DNA from: Octopus sinensis | Taxonomy: Eukaryota | Assembly: GCF_006345805.1 (NCBI RefSeq) | Contig: NC_042998.1 | Coordinates: forward strand, 156,736,001-156,800,000 | Direction: 5' to 3' | DNA: 64,000 bases | Shown: in pieces, positions 50,401 through 62,640 of the stretch | Layout of the letters: each line of letters begins with the position of its first letter | Numbering within the stretch: the stretch's first letter is position 1 | The notes under the pieces: generated by a model | The model's input: the letters and a program-made list of their open reading frames with translations, nothing else | Database searches by the model: none | What the model was told of the DNA's origin: nothing | Position numbers and translations under genes: made by a program

Positions 50401-51742
50401 AAGCTATGGACACATAAGAGATGCAGCAATGTCAAAGGAAGGCTAACTAGGAAGATGGTTTTTGTATGTGGCAGATGCTCAGGAACAATAAACACTGAAA
50501 ATGCTCTGAGACCAACTTCCGTCACTTTCCAGGGAGAAAAACTAGAAATAGTTGATAGTTTCCGTTACCTAGGTGACCAAGTCAGCAGCGGGGGCGGGTG
50601 TGCTGAAAGTGTAACTGCTAGAGTAAGAATAGCTTGGGCAAAGTTCAGAGAGCTCTTACCTCTGCTGGTGACAAAAGGCCTCTCGCACAGAGTGAAAGGC
50701 AGACTGTATGATGCGTGTGTACGAACAGCCATGCTACATGGCAGTGAAACATGGGCCGTGACTGCTGAGGATATGCGTAAGCTCGCTAGAAATGAAGCCA
50801 GTATGCTCCGATGGATGTGTAATGCCGGTACTCACACTCGGCAGAGTGTAAGTACCTTGAGAGAAAAGCTGGACCTAAGAAGCATCAGTTGTGGTGTGCA
50901 AGAGAGACGTTTGCGCTGGTATGGTCATGTGGCGAGAATGGATGAAGATAGTTGTGTGAAAAAGTGCCACACCCTAGCGGTTGAGGGAACCTGTGGAAGA
51001 GGCAGACCCAGGAAAACCTGGGATGAGGTGGTGAAGCACGACCTTCGAACTTTAGGTCTCACTGAGGAAATGACTAGAGACCGAGACCTCTGGAAGTGTG
51101 CTGTGTGCGAGAAGACCCGGCAGGTCAAGTGAGTCCATAACCCGTGGCCTTCTACATGGGATGGAGCCAGCCTACGTATGCATACCTTCCCTTCTTGGGA
51201 CACAAAACTCTACTTGTGAAGACGTGTTGAGGCAAGTGAGGATCAGAATCGAAATCGATCAATGGAAATTGCGGATGTGCTACCAGTGCCGGTGGCATGT
51301 CGAAACTCTGCTTGTGAAGACCCGTTGAGGCAAGTGAGGATCAGAATTGAAATCGATCAATGGAAATCGATCAATGGAAATTGCAGATGTGTTACCAGTG
51401 CCGGTGGCATGTAAGAGAACTTTCCGTTTCGCGACCGTTGCCAGCACCGCCCCGTTTCGTGTCCGTTGCCAGCCTCGCCTGGCCCTCGTGCCGGTGGCAC
51501 ATAAAAAGCACCATCCGTTCGTGGCCGTTTGCCAGCTCTGTCTGGCACCAGTGCGGGTGGCACGTAAAAAGCACCCACTACACTCACGAAGTGGTTGGCG
51601 TTAGGAAGGGCATCCAGCCGTAGAAACACTGCCAGATTTGACTGGGCCTGATGAAGCCTTCTGGCTTCACAGACCCCAGTAGAACCGTCCAACCCATGCT
51701 AGCATGGAAAATGGACGCTAAACGATGATGATGATGATGATG
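47486..51742 (+). mobile_element. Near-intact RTE-clade LINE in FABP intron 3 (5' boundary approximate)
   Basis: Single long ORF with APE and RT, a repetitive 3' UTR and a (GAT)n tail ending at about 51742; flanked by (TA)n on both sides. Confidence 0.93.
47965..51132 (+). CDS. RTE LINE ORF (APE endonuclease + reverse transcriptase + Cys/His finger) with one premature TAG at 49555-49557
   Basis: ORFs 47965-49557 and 49558-51132 are in the same frame (GPSGITA*MLKMSG). Motifs GTLNIG, AGDFNGHVG, QIDYIL, QHRLVV, YRGIKLL, FVDMEKAFD, GVHQG, LLYADD, FRYLG. Confidence 0.95.
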
Positions 51743-51745
51743 ATA

Positions 51746-51783
<38 letters not shown>

Positions 51784-52009
51784 AATATGCATGAATGAGT
51801 GAGTATATGTGTATATATGTATATGTAAGTACCTGTATGTGTGCATGTGTGTGACTGTAAATGCGTGTGCACATGTGCATGTACATATACATGTATACAC
51901 ACATATGTGTATGTATAGGTGTATGCATATGTCTGCATATATGTGTGTGTGCATGTATATGCATGTATACATATTTGCACATATATATATATTATATATA
52001 TATATATAT

Positions 52010-52045
<36 letters not shown>

Positions 52046-52239
52046 AATATGCATGAATGAGTGAGTATATGTGTATATATGTATATGTAAGTACCTGTAT
52101 GTGTGCATGTGTGTGACTGTAAATGCGTGTGCACATGTGCATGTACATATACATGTATACACACATATGTGTATGTATAGGTGTATGCATATGTCTGCAT
52201 ATATGTGTGTGTGCATGTATATGCATGTATACATATTTG

Positions 52240-52293
<54 letters not shown>

Positions 52294-52559
52294 TGTGAGT
52301 GCATGCATACATATGTCATTATACTGTCTTTTCTCCTCTCTGATTCTTATCTATCACTAACCTATTCCATACATCTATTTATAGTAATTTGACATTCTTG
52401 TATTCTTCCTTCCACTTCAAATTTTACTACCAAAACTACTACTCACTTTGGTATCACCTCACCCATACCTTTTCTTTACCCATCCCTTAATACAACTCTG
52501 TCATATCACTCCTACTCACATACCTCACATTCTTTTACTCCTCACCCTCTCATCTCTCC

Positions 52560-53290
52560 TATGCCTCCCCCACACCACTCCCTTCCTCCCATCACATTAT
52601 CTTGACCATCAACTAACACTCCTTTCTCACTTCTTTTTTTCACACTTTTCACTTTTTGTTTTTTCTCTCCCTTTTCTTCTTTTTTCTCTCTTTCTTCCTC
52701 TCACTTTCACTTCCTGTTTTTTTAAATTTGACCCATCTCTTTCTAATCACATACATCTCCCCCCCTATCCACAAATACTACCAATATATTCTCAAATTTT
52801 CACTCACATGACAATACTCTTTTGAGTATTCCACAGCTCCATACTTAGAAATGACTAAACATGAACTGCTATTGGAACTTATATACCCTATACAGGAAAC
52901 TTTTTACTCCTTACCTTCTTGTCTATTCGTCTCCCTCCCCCACACCTCTCCCATCCTCCTATCACATCATCTTGACCACCAACTAACACTCCTTCTCTCA
53001 CTTCTTTCACCCTTTCTTCACTTTCTTTTTACTCTTTTCACTTTTTGCTTTTTCTCTCTCCCTTTTTTCTTTGTTCTCTCTTGCTTCCTGTTTTAAATTT
53101 GAACTACCTCCTCTTTTGAATTATACACATCTCCCCTACCCCCATCGATACACAAATACTACCAATACATTCTCAAAACCCTTTCAAACGAGTTACACCG
53201 ATTCCACAGCTCCATACTTTGAAATGACTAAACATGACCTGCTATTGGAACTTACATACCATGTACAGGAAACTTTTTTACCATTTCTAT
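52560..53290. repeat. Tandem duplication of about 380 bp
   Basis: CTCCCCCACACC...TTGACCA(T/C)CAACTAACACTCC...CCACAGCTCCATACTT(A/T)GAAATGACTAAACATGA occurs twice. Confidence 0.8.
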
Positions 53291-53429
53291 ACACTATTTT
53301 CCTTGAATAGTGGAACTGCAACTACAATATCTTTATATATTTTATTTCTGCTTTCATTCTCTTATTTCCCTCTATATCCCCTATCTCCTCCTCTTCCACA
53401 ATAATTCAAATTCAAATATTTTCTCACAC

Positions 53430-53478
53430 GGTCTCTGATGAAGGGATGTCCATAATATCCCAGAAGCACCTGTAAGAT
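53430..53478 (+). ncRNA. Degenerate hammerhead motif (GAAA mutated to GAAG)
   Basis: GGTCT CTGATGA A GGGAT...ATCCC A GAAG CACCTG TA AGA. Confidence 0.55.
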
Positions 53479-55258
53479 TATTTCATTATAAATGTCCTGA
53501 AAACTCCTCATGGCCTTGGCTTTGTTATCACATTCTATATGACATATATATACATGCTAATACAAGACCCACATTAGACTTCTCACTCGTATCATTATCG
53601 AACCAAGAGTTTAACTACAGTCTGTCCATAACACTGACTTAGTTTTACTCGCTACTCTTTGGGTCTTCTAGATACCAATACCTCTCATATTTTTTTTGAG
53701 TGAACTATGTAGTATATATAATAAAGTGAGTGATAGCATAACATGTGTGGTATAGTGAGTCAGACAATTAATTAAAATTTATTTATGATAGCAATCCTTA
53801 TCTAAATAGATAAATCTGTTCAAAAAAGCCAATGGAAACACCCCTTGTGAAAGATATGTGGTTGAGGTAAACATAAAGACATTGAGAATTTTCAGTTGCT
53901 CTTCATAGCTGTGGTTATTAGTAATCATCAGACCATGGAATATATAGCCAATCCTGATTGAATTTGAATGCACAAAATGGTAGAACAAAACTAAATACTG
54001 TAAGGTATTTAGGATATTGTGCTAATATTTTTACTAACTTGCACATTTGATTCAATTCCTTATAATAAATTGCAACTTACAATAACTTAGTCTTGAATTT
54101 AGCTCACTTGATTTTGTACTGCTAATAATGATTCCTTATAGTGGATCAAGGTCACATATTAGTGAGTTGGGCGTTGTCAGTTTCATCAACCCGTTACATT
54201 ACACCGCTTGTTTTATTGAAATGATAGTAAAGAAAAGCAAAGTTTATCTCAGTTACCTCTGCAATATTCCATCTTACCATATAATGATTTATTTTCTTTT
54301 ATTTTTGTATCAAAAGTTTTGTTGATATCAAGTATATTAAGCAAGTAGTTAAGCAAATTTTAGATTTAGTTATATTTTTATTGAATGTTTTAATATTTCA
54401 TCATCATCATACATCTGTTTTCCATGTTGGCATGGGTTGGATGGTTTGACAGGAGCTGGCCAGTTTCTGTGTCTGTTTTGACATGGTGTCTACTGCTGGG
54501 TGCCCTTCCTAATGCCAACTACCTTACAGAGTGTACTGGATGATTTTACGCAGCACCAGCATGGGTGTCTTTATGTGACACCAGTATGGGTGCTTTTTAC
54601 ATGATACCAGCACCCACAAGCCTGCAAGGTTAGGAATGCTCAGCTAGAGTGGGATGCAAGGGCAGCCTGTATGTGCAAGGACAGTCATGCTTTTACTTAG
54701 CTTGATATTTTAATAATTATCAATTTATTTTCCAGGTGAGAGGGCCAATATTTATAGCAAAATGTGTATATGTGAGTCCTGCCTATAATAGAAAGTTAAT
54801 GTGTTGCGCATGAATGAGACAAGTGAAGTGAAAATAATGTAGAATAAGAGATCAGCAAACTCCCAACAAACTGTCTAATTAGATAGTTTTGAATCAAGTT
54901 TAAAGCCATCTGACTGAGGCTGTTAACCTCCTTGGGATTTCATTCCCCCTTCTTAGAAATGTTTGATATTGTGCTGTTGATGGTACCAACTTTGAGGCAG
55001 TATATATCATTAAGTGAGAGGTAGGAAACTTTCATGCTCAAGCAGCAATCTAGTTTCAGTTCTTGGTTGAGACATTTTTACTTCAGTTATACTACTTGGA
55101 AATAAATATAATGGAAGGCAAAGGATCCTAAAATATACCATCTTTTAAACCAATGGCCTTATACCTAAGCTTAATATATAAACCATTTTATATTTGTTGA
55201 TATGAAATGGAAAATGAATGATTATTTATTTTTCATCTTAGTTTTCTATTATTTACAG

Positions 55259-55309
55259 ACATCAACTTGTAATGGAAACACATTGGTTTCAAAATTTAAA
55301 AGAGAATGA
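55259..55309 (+). CDS. FABP: FABP-like exon 4
   Basis: Acceptor ttttctattatttacag|, then TSTCNGNTLVSKFKRE-TGA, which aligns without gaps to the 16-residue last exon of FABPs. Confidence 0.8.
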   Translation, partial: TSTCNGNTLVSKFKRE

Positions 55310-56962
55310 AGATAATGGGAAATATAATGGAAAAATCTAGTTGCAAATATAATCATAATAATAGTAATATTTAGAAGAGAGGATATTGTTGATTAAATTT
55401 ACCTGAGTTTTTGACTGGTACTAATTTGATAGTTCAGAAAAATGAAAAGCAAAATAACAAAAGAAAAAGGAATGCAACTAAACACGGCAAAATATTTTTC
55501 TACTGTTTTACAGATTCTAGCAATATTAATAATAACTTTTTTTCTACTACAGGCACAAGGCCTAAAATTTTGGGAAGAGGGGCCAGTCGATTAGATGGAC
55601 TCTAGTACGCAACTCGTACTTAATTTATCGACCCCAAAGGATAAAAGGCAAAGTCGAACTTGGTGGAAATATCAGCATTTTTAAATAAAAGAAAGAATTC
55701 AGTTGTGCATCTTATGGTTAATCATTGTTTTTATTTTTTTTTCCTTTGTTTGCAGAGTAGTATTTATTAATTTGGACATTTTGATTGCTAATGGTTGGAA
55801 TTTTTCAATCCTCATGAAACTTTTTTAATCTTTCCCTCAAAAATGTTAATTCTTCTCAATAAGTTAATTCCTCTTATTCCTCTGATTAACTTATCTCGAT
55901 CTATAGAAACATGCTACAGTATAGCCAATGCTTGAGATTACTTTCATATTGATGATGGAGACGGTCTTGAACAATTACCTCTCTTATCAACTTAATTCTT
56001 ACTCTCTGACTTCAGTTGTATCCAATCTTGCAAAGTCTTTCTCTTCTCCATCACACAGTAGTGCTTTCTTGCTCTTGAGAATTTCAGCTGATACCAACTT
56101 GTCCTTCACATTAGAAAAGTCTTCCATCATGTCTAGTATAAAATCCTTCCAGTTATAGTTTTTGTCTATGGCCTCTAGCCCTTTGCCTAATATGCTACCC
56201 AGTTTAGCATCACATTTCTAGTTCATTTACTCATCAAACAATACAGACGTATTTGATCAAATCTGGTATAATCAAATGTTTACATGAGTCTACCACTCCT
56301 GTTTCAATATTTATTATTGTATTCCTACTTGCTAGTATTTCAAACATCACACACCTTTGCAGCCTTCACTTTTCCAGAGACCTTTGGTGATATGATGTGC
56401 TTGAGAGGACTCGTCAAGCCAGATGAAACTGTAGTCATGACATAACTGGTAACCATGCTGGTGGCATGTAAAAAGCATCCATTACACTCTTGGAGTGGTT
56501 GGTGTTAGGAAGGGCATCCAGCCAAAGGAAACCATGCCAAATCAGACTGGAACAGGGTGCAGCTTTCTGGCTTACCAGTTTTAGTCAAATCATCTAACCC
56601 ATGCCTGCATAGAAAGCAGACACTAAATGATGATGATGACCTCTATCCAGACATGCACAGACTTCACTGAAAATTCAACAACACAAACTCTATCACTCTA
56701 TCAATGAAACAGTCACATGCCACAGCATCTCCTCAAAATAAATCATAGGTAAAACTTCAAAGTTGCTACTAATCAAACACTACAAAAAGGCAGGTATGAG
56801 CAGATACGTCTATCTGAGAAAGTGATTATTTTCTATTCTTCAGTCATGGCATTATGTAATGTATTCTCAAAAATTAAACAGTTTTATGAAAGAGTGTTCC
56901 ATTAAATTTCTAGAGTTAGGTGTTTTAATATTAAAAATTTTTATAGTAATAAAAGATATTTT

Positions 56963-57611
56963 TAAATCTCAGAACGAGATGTAAACAGTAATCGCTCGAC
57001 AATGTAAAGTATAAAAGCCATCTCAATATGGCTAACCACAAAGGGGGGGGAGGGTGTTACTGTAGCTTTTTAGCCCCAGGAGATCATCGTCTCCAGCTGG
57101 TTTTAGACACACTTTCTGTGCCCTCAAAGTATTTGCAAAGGGCACAGAAAGTGTGCCTAAAGCCAGCTGGAGACGATGATCTTCTGGGGCTAAAAAGCTA
57201 CAGTAACCCCCCCCCTTTGTGGTTAGCCATATTGAGATGGCTTTTATACTTTATATTGTCGAGCGATTACTGTTTACATCTCGTTCTGAGATTTAATAAT
57301 GCTTACAGTCAGTTTTTCGAAATCAGTGGCAGACGTCACTAGAAAAACTCATATATTTGCAAACAGGCCATGTCTTTCATCATGATCTGGTGATTACCGC
57401 CCGTTGATAAGAGACAATAATCTCGAAACCGGTCCGGTGCGTATCACTCAGGCTTACAAGAAAGGGATGGCCTCCCTTTGCAAATACTTTAAGGGCACAG
57501 AAAGTGTGTCTAAAGCCAGCTGGAGACGATGATCTCCTGGGGCTAAAAAGCTACAGTAACACCCCCACCTTTGTGTTTAGCCATATTGAGATGGCTTTTA
57601 TACTTTACATT
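56963..57611. repeat. Palindrome (56963-57295) plus a third tandem copy (57475-57611)
   Basis: Direct inspection: arms meet at CTGTGCCCT...AGGGCACAG; the unit is repeated again downstream. Confidence 0.9.
57398..57440 (+). ncRNA. Degenerate hammerhead motif (core TTGATAA)
   Basis: CCG TTGATAA GAGA caataa TCTC GAAA CCG GTC CGG: all three stems pair and the core differs from CTGATGA by two transitions. Confidence 0.6.
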
Positions 57612-58962
57612 AAAAGATATTCTGTTTTCCATAAATAAAATATTTCATAATATGTACTAATACTATATGAGAGAATAAACTGTTGAAATTGTATTGTGCT
57701 GGATATGTGGAACAGTATGGAAATCATTAAGGATTAGGAAGAGTTTTCAGTGTCTACAAAAGTGGTTAGGACCTGGTAAAAAAAAAATCCCTTAAGAATA
57801 CAACAAAAAAAACAAAGTAGGCCAGGCAGTATACCATTTCTCTCTAATGTGTATTTTCTTACTTCATGTAAGGAAGGAACTTATTTCTGACAAAGCTCCA
57901 TTGCTGGGATGTAAGTAATAAAAACAATGCCACCTGTTGAACTTGAGAAAAGTCTTGCGCTTTCTTACTGTTTTGCTTACAAATTGTGTTTGTAATGTGC
58001 ATGTTATCTGGTTGATTTCTTTTTCTGGAAACCCTAGCTTTTGCATATTGCCACTTAAATATTTGCTAACATAACCATGTACACCAATTATTATTGGTAC
58101 AAATGTAAATCTATAATCTGGATATAGAGGTTTTGAAGCAGTTGTTCATAGATATCACTTTCTCTTTGATTTTCTAAGGGTTTTCTTAACAGTCATAGAA
58201 GCAAACTTCAGATTTATTCTTGTGTGTTCGAAAATTTTTCAACGACAATGAAGTCTTCTCTTTTTTACAATAATGAAGTCCTGAGATTATGCCTTAAAAG
58301 TAATTAGCTTTCCCTTAAGAGCTCATGTGAAGAGTTACTGTAATTTTTTTGATTTTTTTTTTTTGCATAAGATGTAAGAAGTATAAAATTATCATTCCTC
58401 TTACATTTTATCATTTCAGTTAACCATCCAATATGGCTGTGCAGTTTGTTGATGTTTTCTTCAAGACTTGTTTGCTGCCTAGGTTGTTTCTGTTTAGTAA
58501 TTTCATCAGCACTGCCGGCTTCTCCTAGATGTTCTTTAAGAGTTCTTTCAGCTATGCACAGAAAGTATTAATTATCCTGTAATTAACATCACATAATTCC
58601 ATATGCTCTCCAGCAATATTTTCGATAGCTTTTAACCTGAAAACAGTTGGCTGTTTCTTTGGCTGTGGTACCCTATCAGCTGTTATAACAATCCATCGTT
58701 ATAGAAATATTGTGGTTGTGTACCTTACTAAAGTCCATTTCACTTTCTATAATTGATGGAATTTAGCTGAAAACCCATCAAGCCAGCTTCAAAATAATTA
58801 GTTTGTTAAAACTACCAATTATTACATCAATAACATTATGTCAAAGAAAATTGTGTCTCTGAAATAATTTATTGTGGGGGGGAAAATAAAAAGCAATAGT
58901 ATCCCACGAAATTTGTGTGGGGTTTAGAAAAAGTTTGAAATAAATATCAAAACAAGCTAGAT

Positions 58963-59073
<111 letters not shown>

Positions 59074-59273
59074 GAGCAACTGTCTTTGAAGACTCTTATT
59101 ATCTTTGAATGCTCGAAATGAGGAGTAGATAGACAACCGACAACTGATGAAGAGTCGTTTCTCTGTGTTTACTTGTCCTGTTTTCCGGTTTTTTCTCTCG
59201 TTGTTTACACAGTTGGTGACATCCTGTACCCATATATGCATATACATACATACATACACTCCCACATATATAT

Positions 59274-59350
<77 letters not shown>

Positions 59351-59463
59351 TCAGATGAATATGGTACTTAAGTTGAGGCACCAGAATTTAGTATGGTATT
59401 AGCCATACAATTTAAAATAAGGTGATTACAATCAAAATAAGTAACAAGGATATCCAATGGTAA

Positions 59464-59550
59464 TGCAGTACGATCGTTTCATGCGACTCTATTTAATTGA
59501 ACAATGCAAACATTACATCAATTTAAAATGTAGAGCAATCTTCAGTTGCA
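59464..59550 (-). ncRNA. Hammerhead motif (CUGAAGA, GUA site)
   Basis: TGCAA CTGAAGA TTGCTCTA...TAGAGTCGCAT GAAA CGATCG TA CTGCA. Confidence 0.75.
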
Positions 59551-59728
59551 CAAAAATATAGAATTTAATTAAATTCGAAGGACTCATTAGCATAATTTTA
59601 TCCAAAATCTCCAAGAGGATAAGGAGATAGACAAAGAAAATGTTTTACCAACATCACAGTTATAACTGAAATTTTTTTCAAAGAAGACACTGCTTTTCAC
59701 TGATTATTTCTGTTATTTAGTTTTAATT

Positions 59729-59773
<45 letters not shown>

Positions 59774-61136
59774 TGTGTGCGTGGGGGGGTCACTTTTAAT
59801 TTTATAGACTAGTTTATCAAATCTGAGAGAAGACAGAGGGTGGTATCAGTTTGGGGTGGGGTAGAGTAAATAGACAATTTAAATGGCATAGCCATAAATC
59901 AAGATTTATTTGAAGCAATGCCATTAGGTTTAGTAAGAGGATACTTCAAACAAGATGTTGGCTGCTATTAAGCAGACCAATGCTAATGGGACAGGGGAAG
60001 TCTTATCATATAGTACTACAGTTTACTACTATGAAACAATGCTGCTATATACAGATATAGTTTAGGGTTATTCCAAAGATTATTAAGAATAATATTTATG
60101 AATACTTTCAGTATATATCAAATTTTACACAATAGAGGGACAGAAAATATAGAAATAGTTCAATATTTATATACTTAAATACTTAACTTAACATATATTT
60201 ATAATTATTGATTAAATAGTATTTACTGGTATTAATAAAAGAAAATTGAGGTAAAAGAACATGTTAAATTATATATTCAAAATTTTAGTCAAAGTAGATT
60301 TATTTTCAATAGTTAATATACCAGCATAGCTTTATATAAGATGTGTATAAGATTTATAGAGATACAAGACTTAGAGTAATTTTATAAATAAATAAATAAG
60401 AGTTAGTTTTAAGAAGTAAAATGAAATAATCATTGGTAGAACATAATAGAAAAGGGGTAAAATGGCTTATTTACTAAAACTATGGTAAGGTGTATTTAGC
60501 TTATTAACATCAATAGGGAAGATTTTTAGAAAAAATTTAATAATTCAAAATGTTAAACTAAAAATTATATTTATTTGTTACAATAATATCTATAAAAGAC
60601 TGGTGTTTAATATCGGCTAAAGAAATAATTAAGTTATGGAACAGAAATTTTACTATCAATGAATCTTTTTATAAAATTAAGGGTTATATTATAGGTTTAA
60701 GAAATTGTTATTATTACACCCTACATGATATGTATATTTTCTAATTGGTACTTATTTAGAAAGGTTATTTATATAAAGATATTTATACATAATAAGGTCA
60801 GGAGGGTGGAGCTATTTGAGAAAAAGAAAAAATCAAGTAATTCCTTTCAAAAGATCATTTCAAAACAATGTTATCATGCTGTATAAGGTTAAAAAGTATT
60901 ATTTAGGGTAATTAAGAAGATTATTAAGAATGAGAATTTTAACAAACAGGATACCACTATTGAGTATATACCAAAATCCTTTAACTACAATAGAGGGAGG
61001 TAAAGTGAATTGCAAAGAAATAGATTAATGTTTATATACTTTTTACTTATCTAAAGAATTTACTTATTATAAGGTTTCTGTGGAGATTGATCAAATGAAT
61101 TTAACTAATATTTAATATGTAATTAGGGTAACTGAG

Positions 61137-61380
61137 TGGAGGTGCGTGGCTTAGTGGTTAGGGTGTCAGCATCATGATCATAAGATTGTGGTTTCGATTC
61201 CTGGACTGGTTGATGCGTTGTGTTCTTGAGCAAAACACTTCATTTCACATTGCTCCTGTCCACTCAGCTGGCTAAAATGAGTAATGCTGCAATGAACTGG
61301 CATCCTGTCCAGCTGGGGAACACATATGCCATTGAAACTGGGAAACCAGGCCCATGAGCCTGGCTAGGCTTTAAAAGGAC
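61137..61380 (+). mobile_element. tRNA-derived SINE
   Basis: GGAGGTGCGTGGCTTAGTGGTTAGG ... GGTTTCGATTCC ... GTTCTTGAGCAAAACACTT. Confidence 0.8.
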
Positions 61381-61759
61381 ACATTTATTTTTTTAAGGGT
61401 AACTGAGGTTAAAAAACATGACCATTATATACTGATTTAATTAAAATTTAATTAATTAAAAATTTTGTGGAGATACAAGTAATATTACAGTTTCTAAAGA
61501 GTTCTTATTTTGAGGGGCTATTTAAAATCAATATAAATATCAAAATTAAGGGGCTGGAATATTTTAAGAAAAGGAATAAAAAATTTTATTACTGAAACTA
61601 TTTAGAACAATATGTCATTTTTTTTGTATAAGGTACATCTTGAAAATGGCAGCATGTATATTTCACAGAAGACAATGCTCGAAACGTAGTTCTGAATCCA
61701 TGGGAAACCACTTTGATAGCTTTCTTCAAATTGTGCCAATGGGATCTGCTTGCCCGAAC

Positions 61760-62640
61760 ACTGTTGTATGTAGAGGTCCCCGTGTACTATACCTGGGCAC
61801 ACAATAGCTGGAAGAGATGCAAGCATTGAGGGCTGGGAAGAAGATGCTGTCTTCAGAAGTGGGACCATCGAGCGGGTGTACACTGTGCACCCTAATCAGC
61901 AGGAGTGCTTCTTTCTGCATCTACTGCTACACACTATCAGAGGTTCTACATCATTCACAGACTTTTGAAGATACAATAGGAAGTCTGCACAACCTAAGGA
62001 CTACTGGAGGACGATGCCCACTGGGACCAGACACTGGAGGAGGCAACAGTCAGCAGAGCACCAAGTTAACTATGCCAGCTATTTTCTATCATGTTGATGA
62101 CATGTGGCTTGCATGAACCTCTCAAGCTTTGGGCGATCCACAAACTCAGCTTGGCAGAGGACATCTAGAAAGGATTCAAAGGCAAACCTCAGTGGAAATT
62201 GCCCCGTTCAATAACGCCATTTACAATGAAGCATTACTTGACCTGGACACCTCACAGCTTGCACCTCGATCCACTAAAGCTTTGCAATGACACACGACTT
62301 ATAATAAAGAAGATGATGCCAACAATCTTGAAGATAACAATTTTGACTGGTAAAACAAGCGGTGAGCCTGTATTCATATCTAGAATTCAACTTATTCCCT
62401 TGGATATGCCTTTCCAGTACAAGTGCCTGCAATTCCCGTTGAAACTGAGCTTTGCAAGGAGCATTAACAAGGCCCAAGAACAGTCCTTGAACGTGGTAGG
62501 TCTGAACCTTGCGGAACCAGTTTTCTCCTGTGGCCAACTTTATGTGGGATGTTTAAGAGTCGACAATCCTAATCATTTGTTTATTTATGCCCCACAAGGA
62601 AAGACCAAAAATGTTGTTTATCAAGAAGCTCTGTAAACTT
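61760..62640 (+). mobile_element. Helitron RepHel remnant (internally deleted; helicase C-terminus)
   Basis: RVYTVHPNQQECFFLHLLL remnant; ORF 62199-62636 LCNDTRL...QFPLKLSFARSINKAQEQSL...VFSCGQLYVG...TKNVVYQEAL. Confidence 0.9.

Larger units (their letters stand above)
28062..55309 (+). pseudogene. FABP: FABP/intracellular lipid-binding-protein-like gene, 4 exons (28062-28137, 39441-39622, 40033-40140, 55259-55309); disrupted as assembled
   Basis: The spliced translation MEQFLGK*MEVKEDIESQRKFMEKMD-IPTETANKMLASTGFVDTVKDGNQFKMTTGYKEDPSLTKIYNFKLNETFSGVDNFGIKFK-LFCKVEDNK...-TSTCNGNTLVSKFKRE* totals 138 codons. It shows FLGxW, FKLxExF and REIVDG motifs, GT-AG introns and the canonical iLBP intron phases 1,0,0. 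There is an in-frame TAG at codon 8 and a frame-shifted segment in exon 3. The specific orthologue was not identified. Confidence 0.85.

Noticed and set aside
51130-51560. Regularly recurring CCAGTGCCGGTGGCA units resembling a CRISPR-like array
   Set aside because: Eukaryotic context; these are internal repeats of the RTE 3' UTR with irregular, related spacers.
57650-58900. Possible decayed minus-strand transposon ORF
   Set aside because: Only weak similarity (GFPEKEI) to PLE C-termini; the family could not be assigned.
59110-59160. CTGATGA near GAAA resembling a hammerhead
   Set aside because: GAAA lies upstream and no consistent stems I-III or NUH site could be formed.
59800-61130. AT-rich stretch with a coding-like texture (possible ancient retroelement)
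   Set aside because: No diagnostic motif could be read in any frame.
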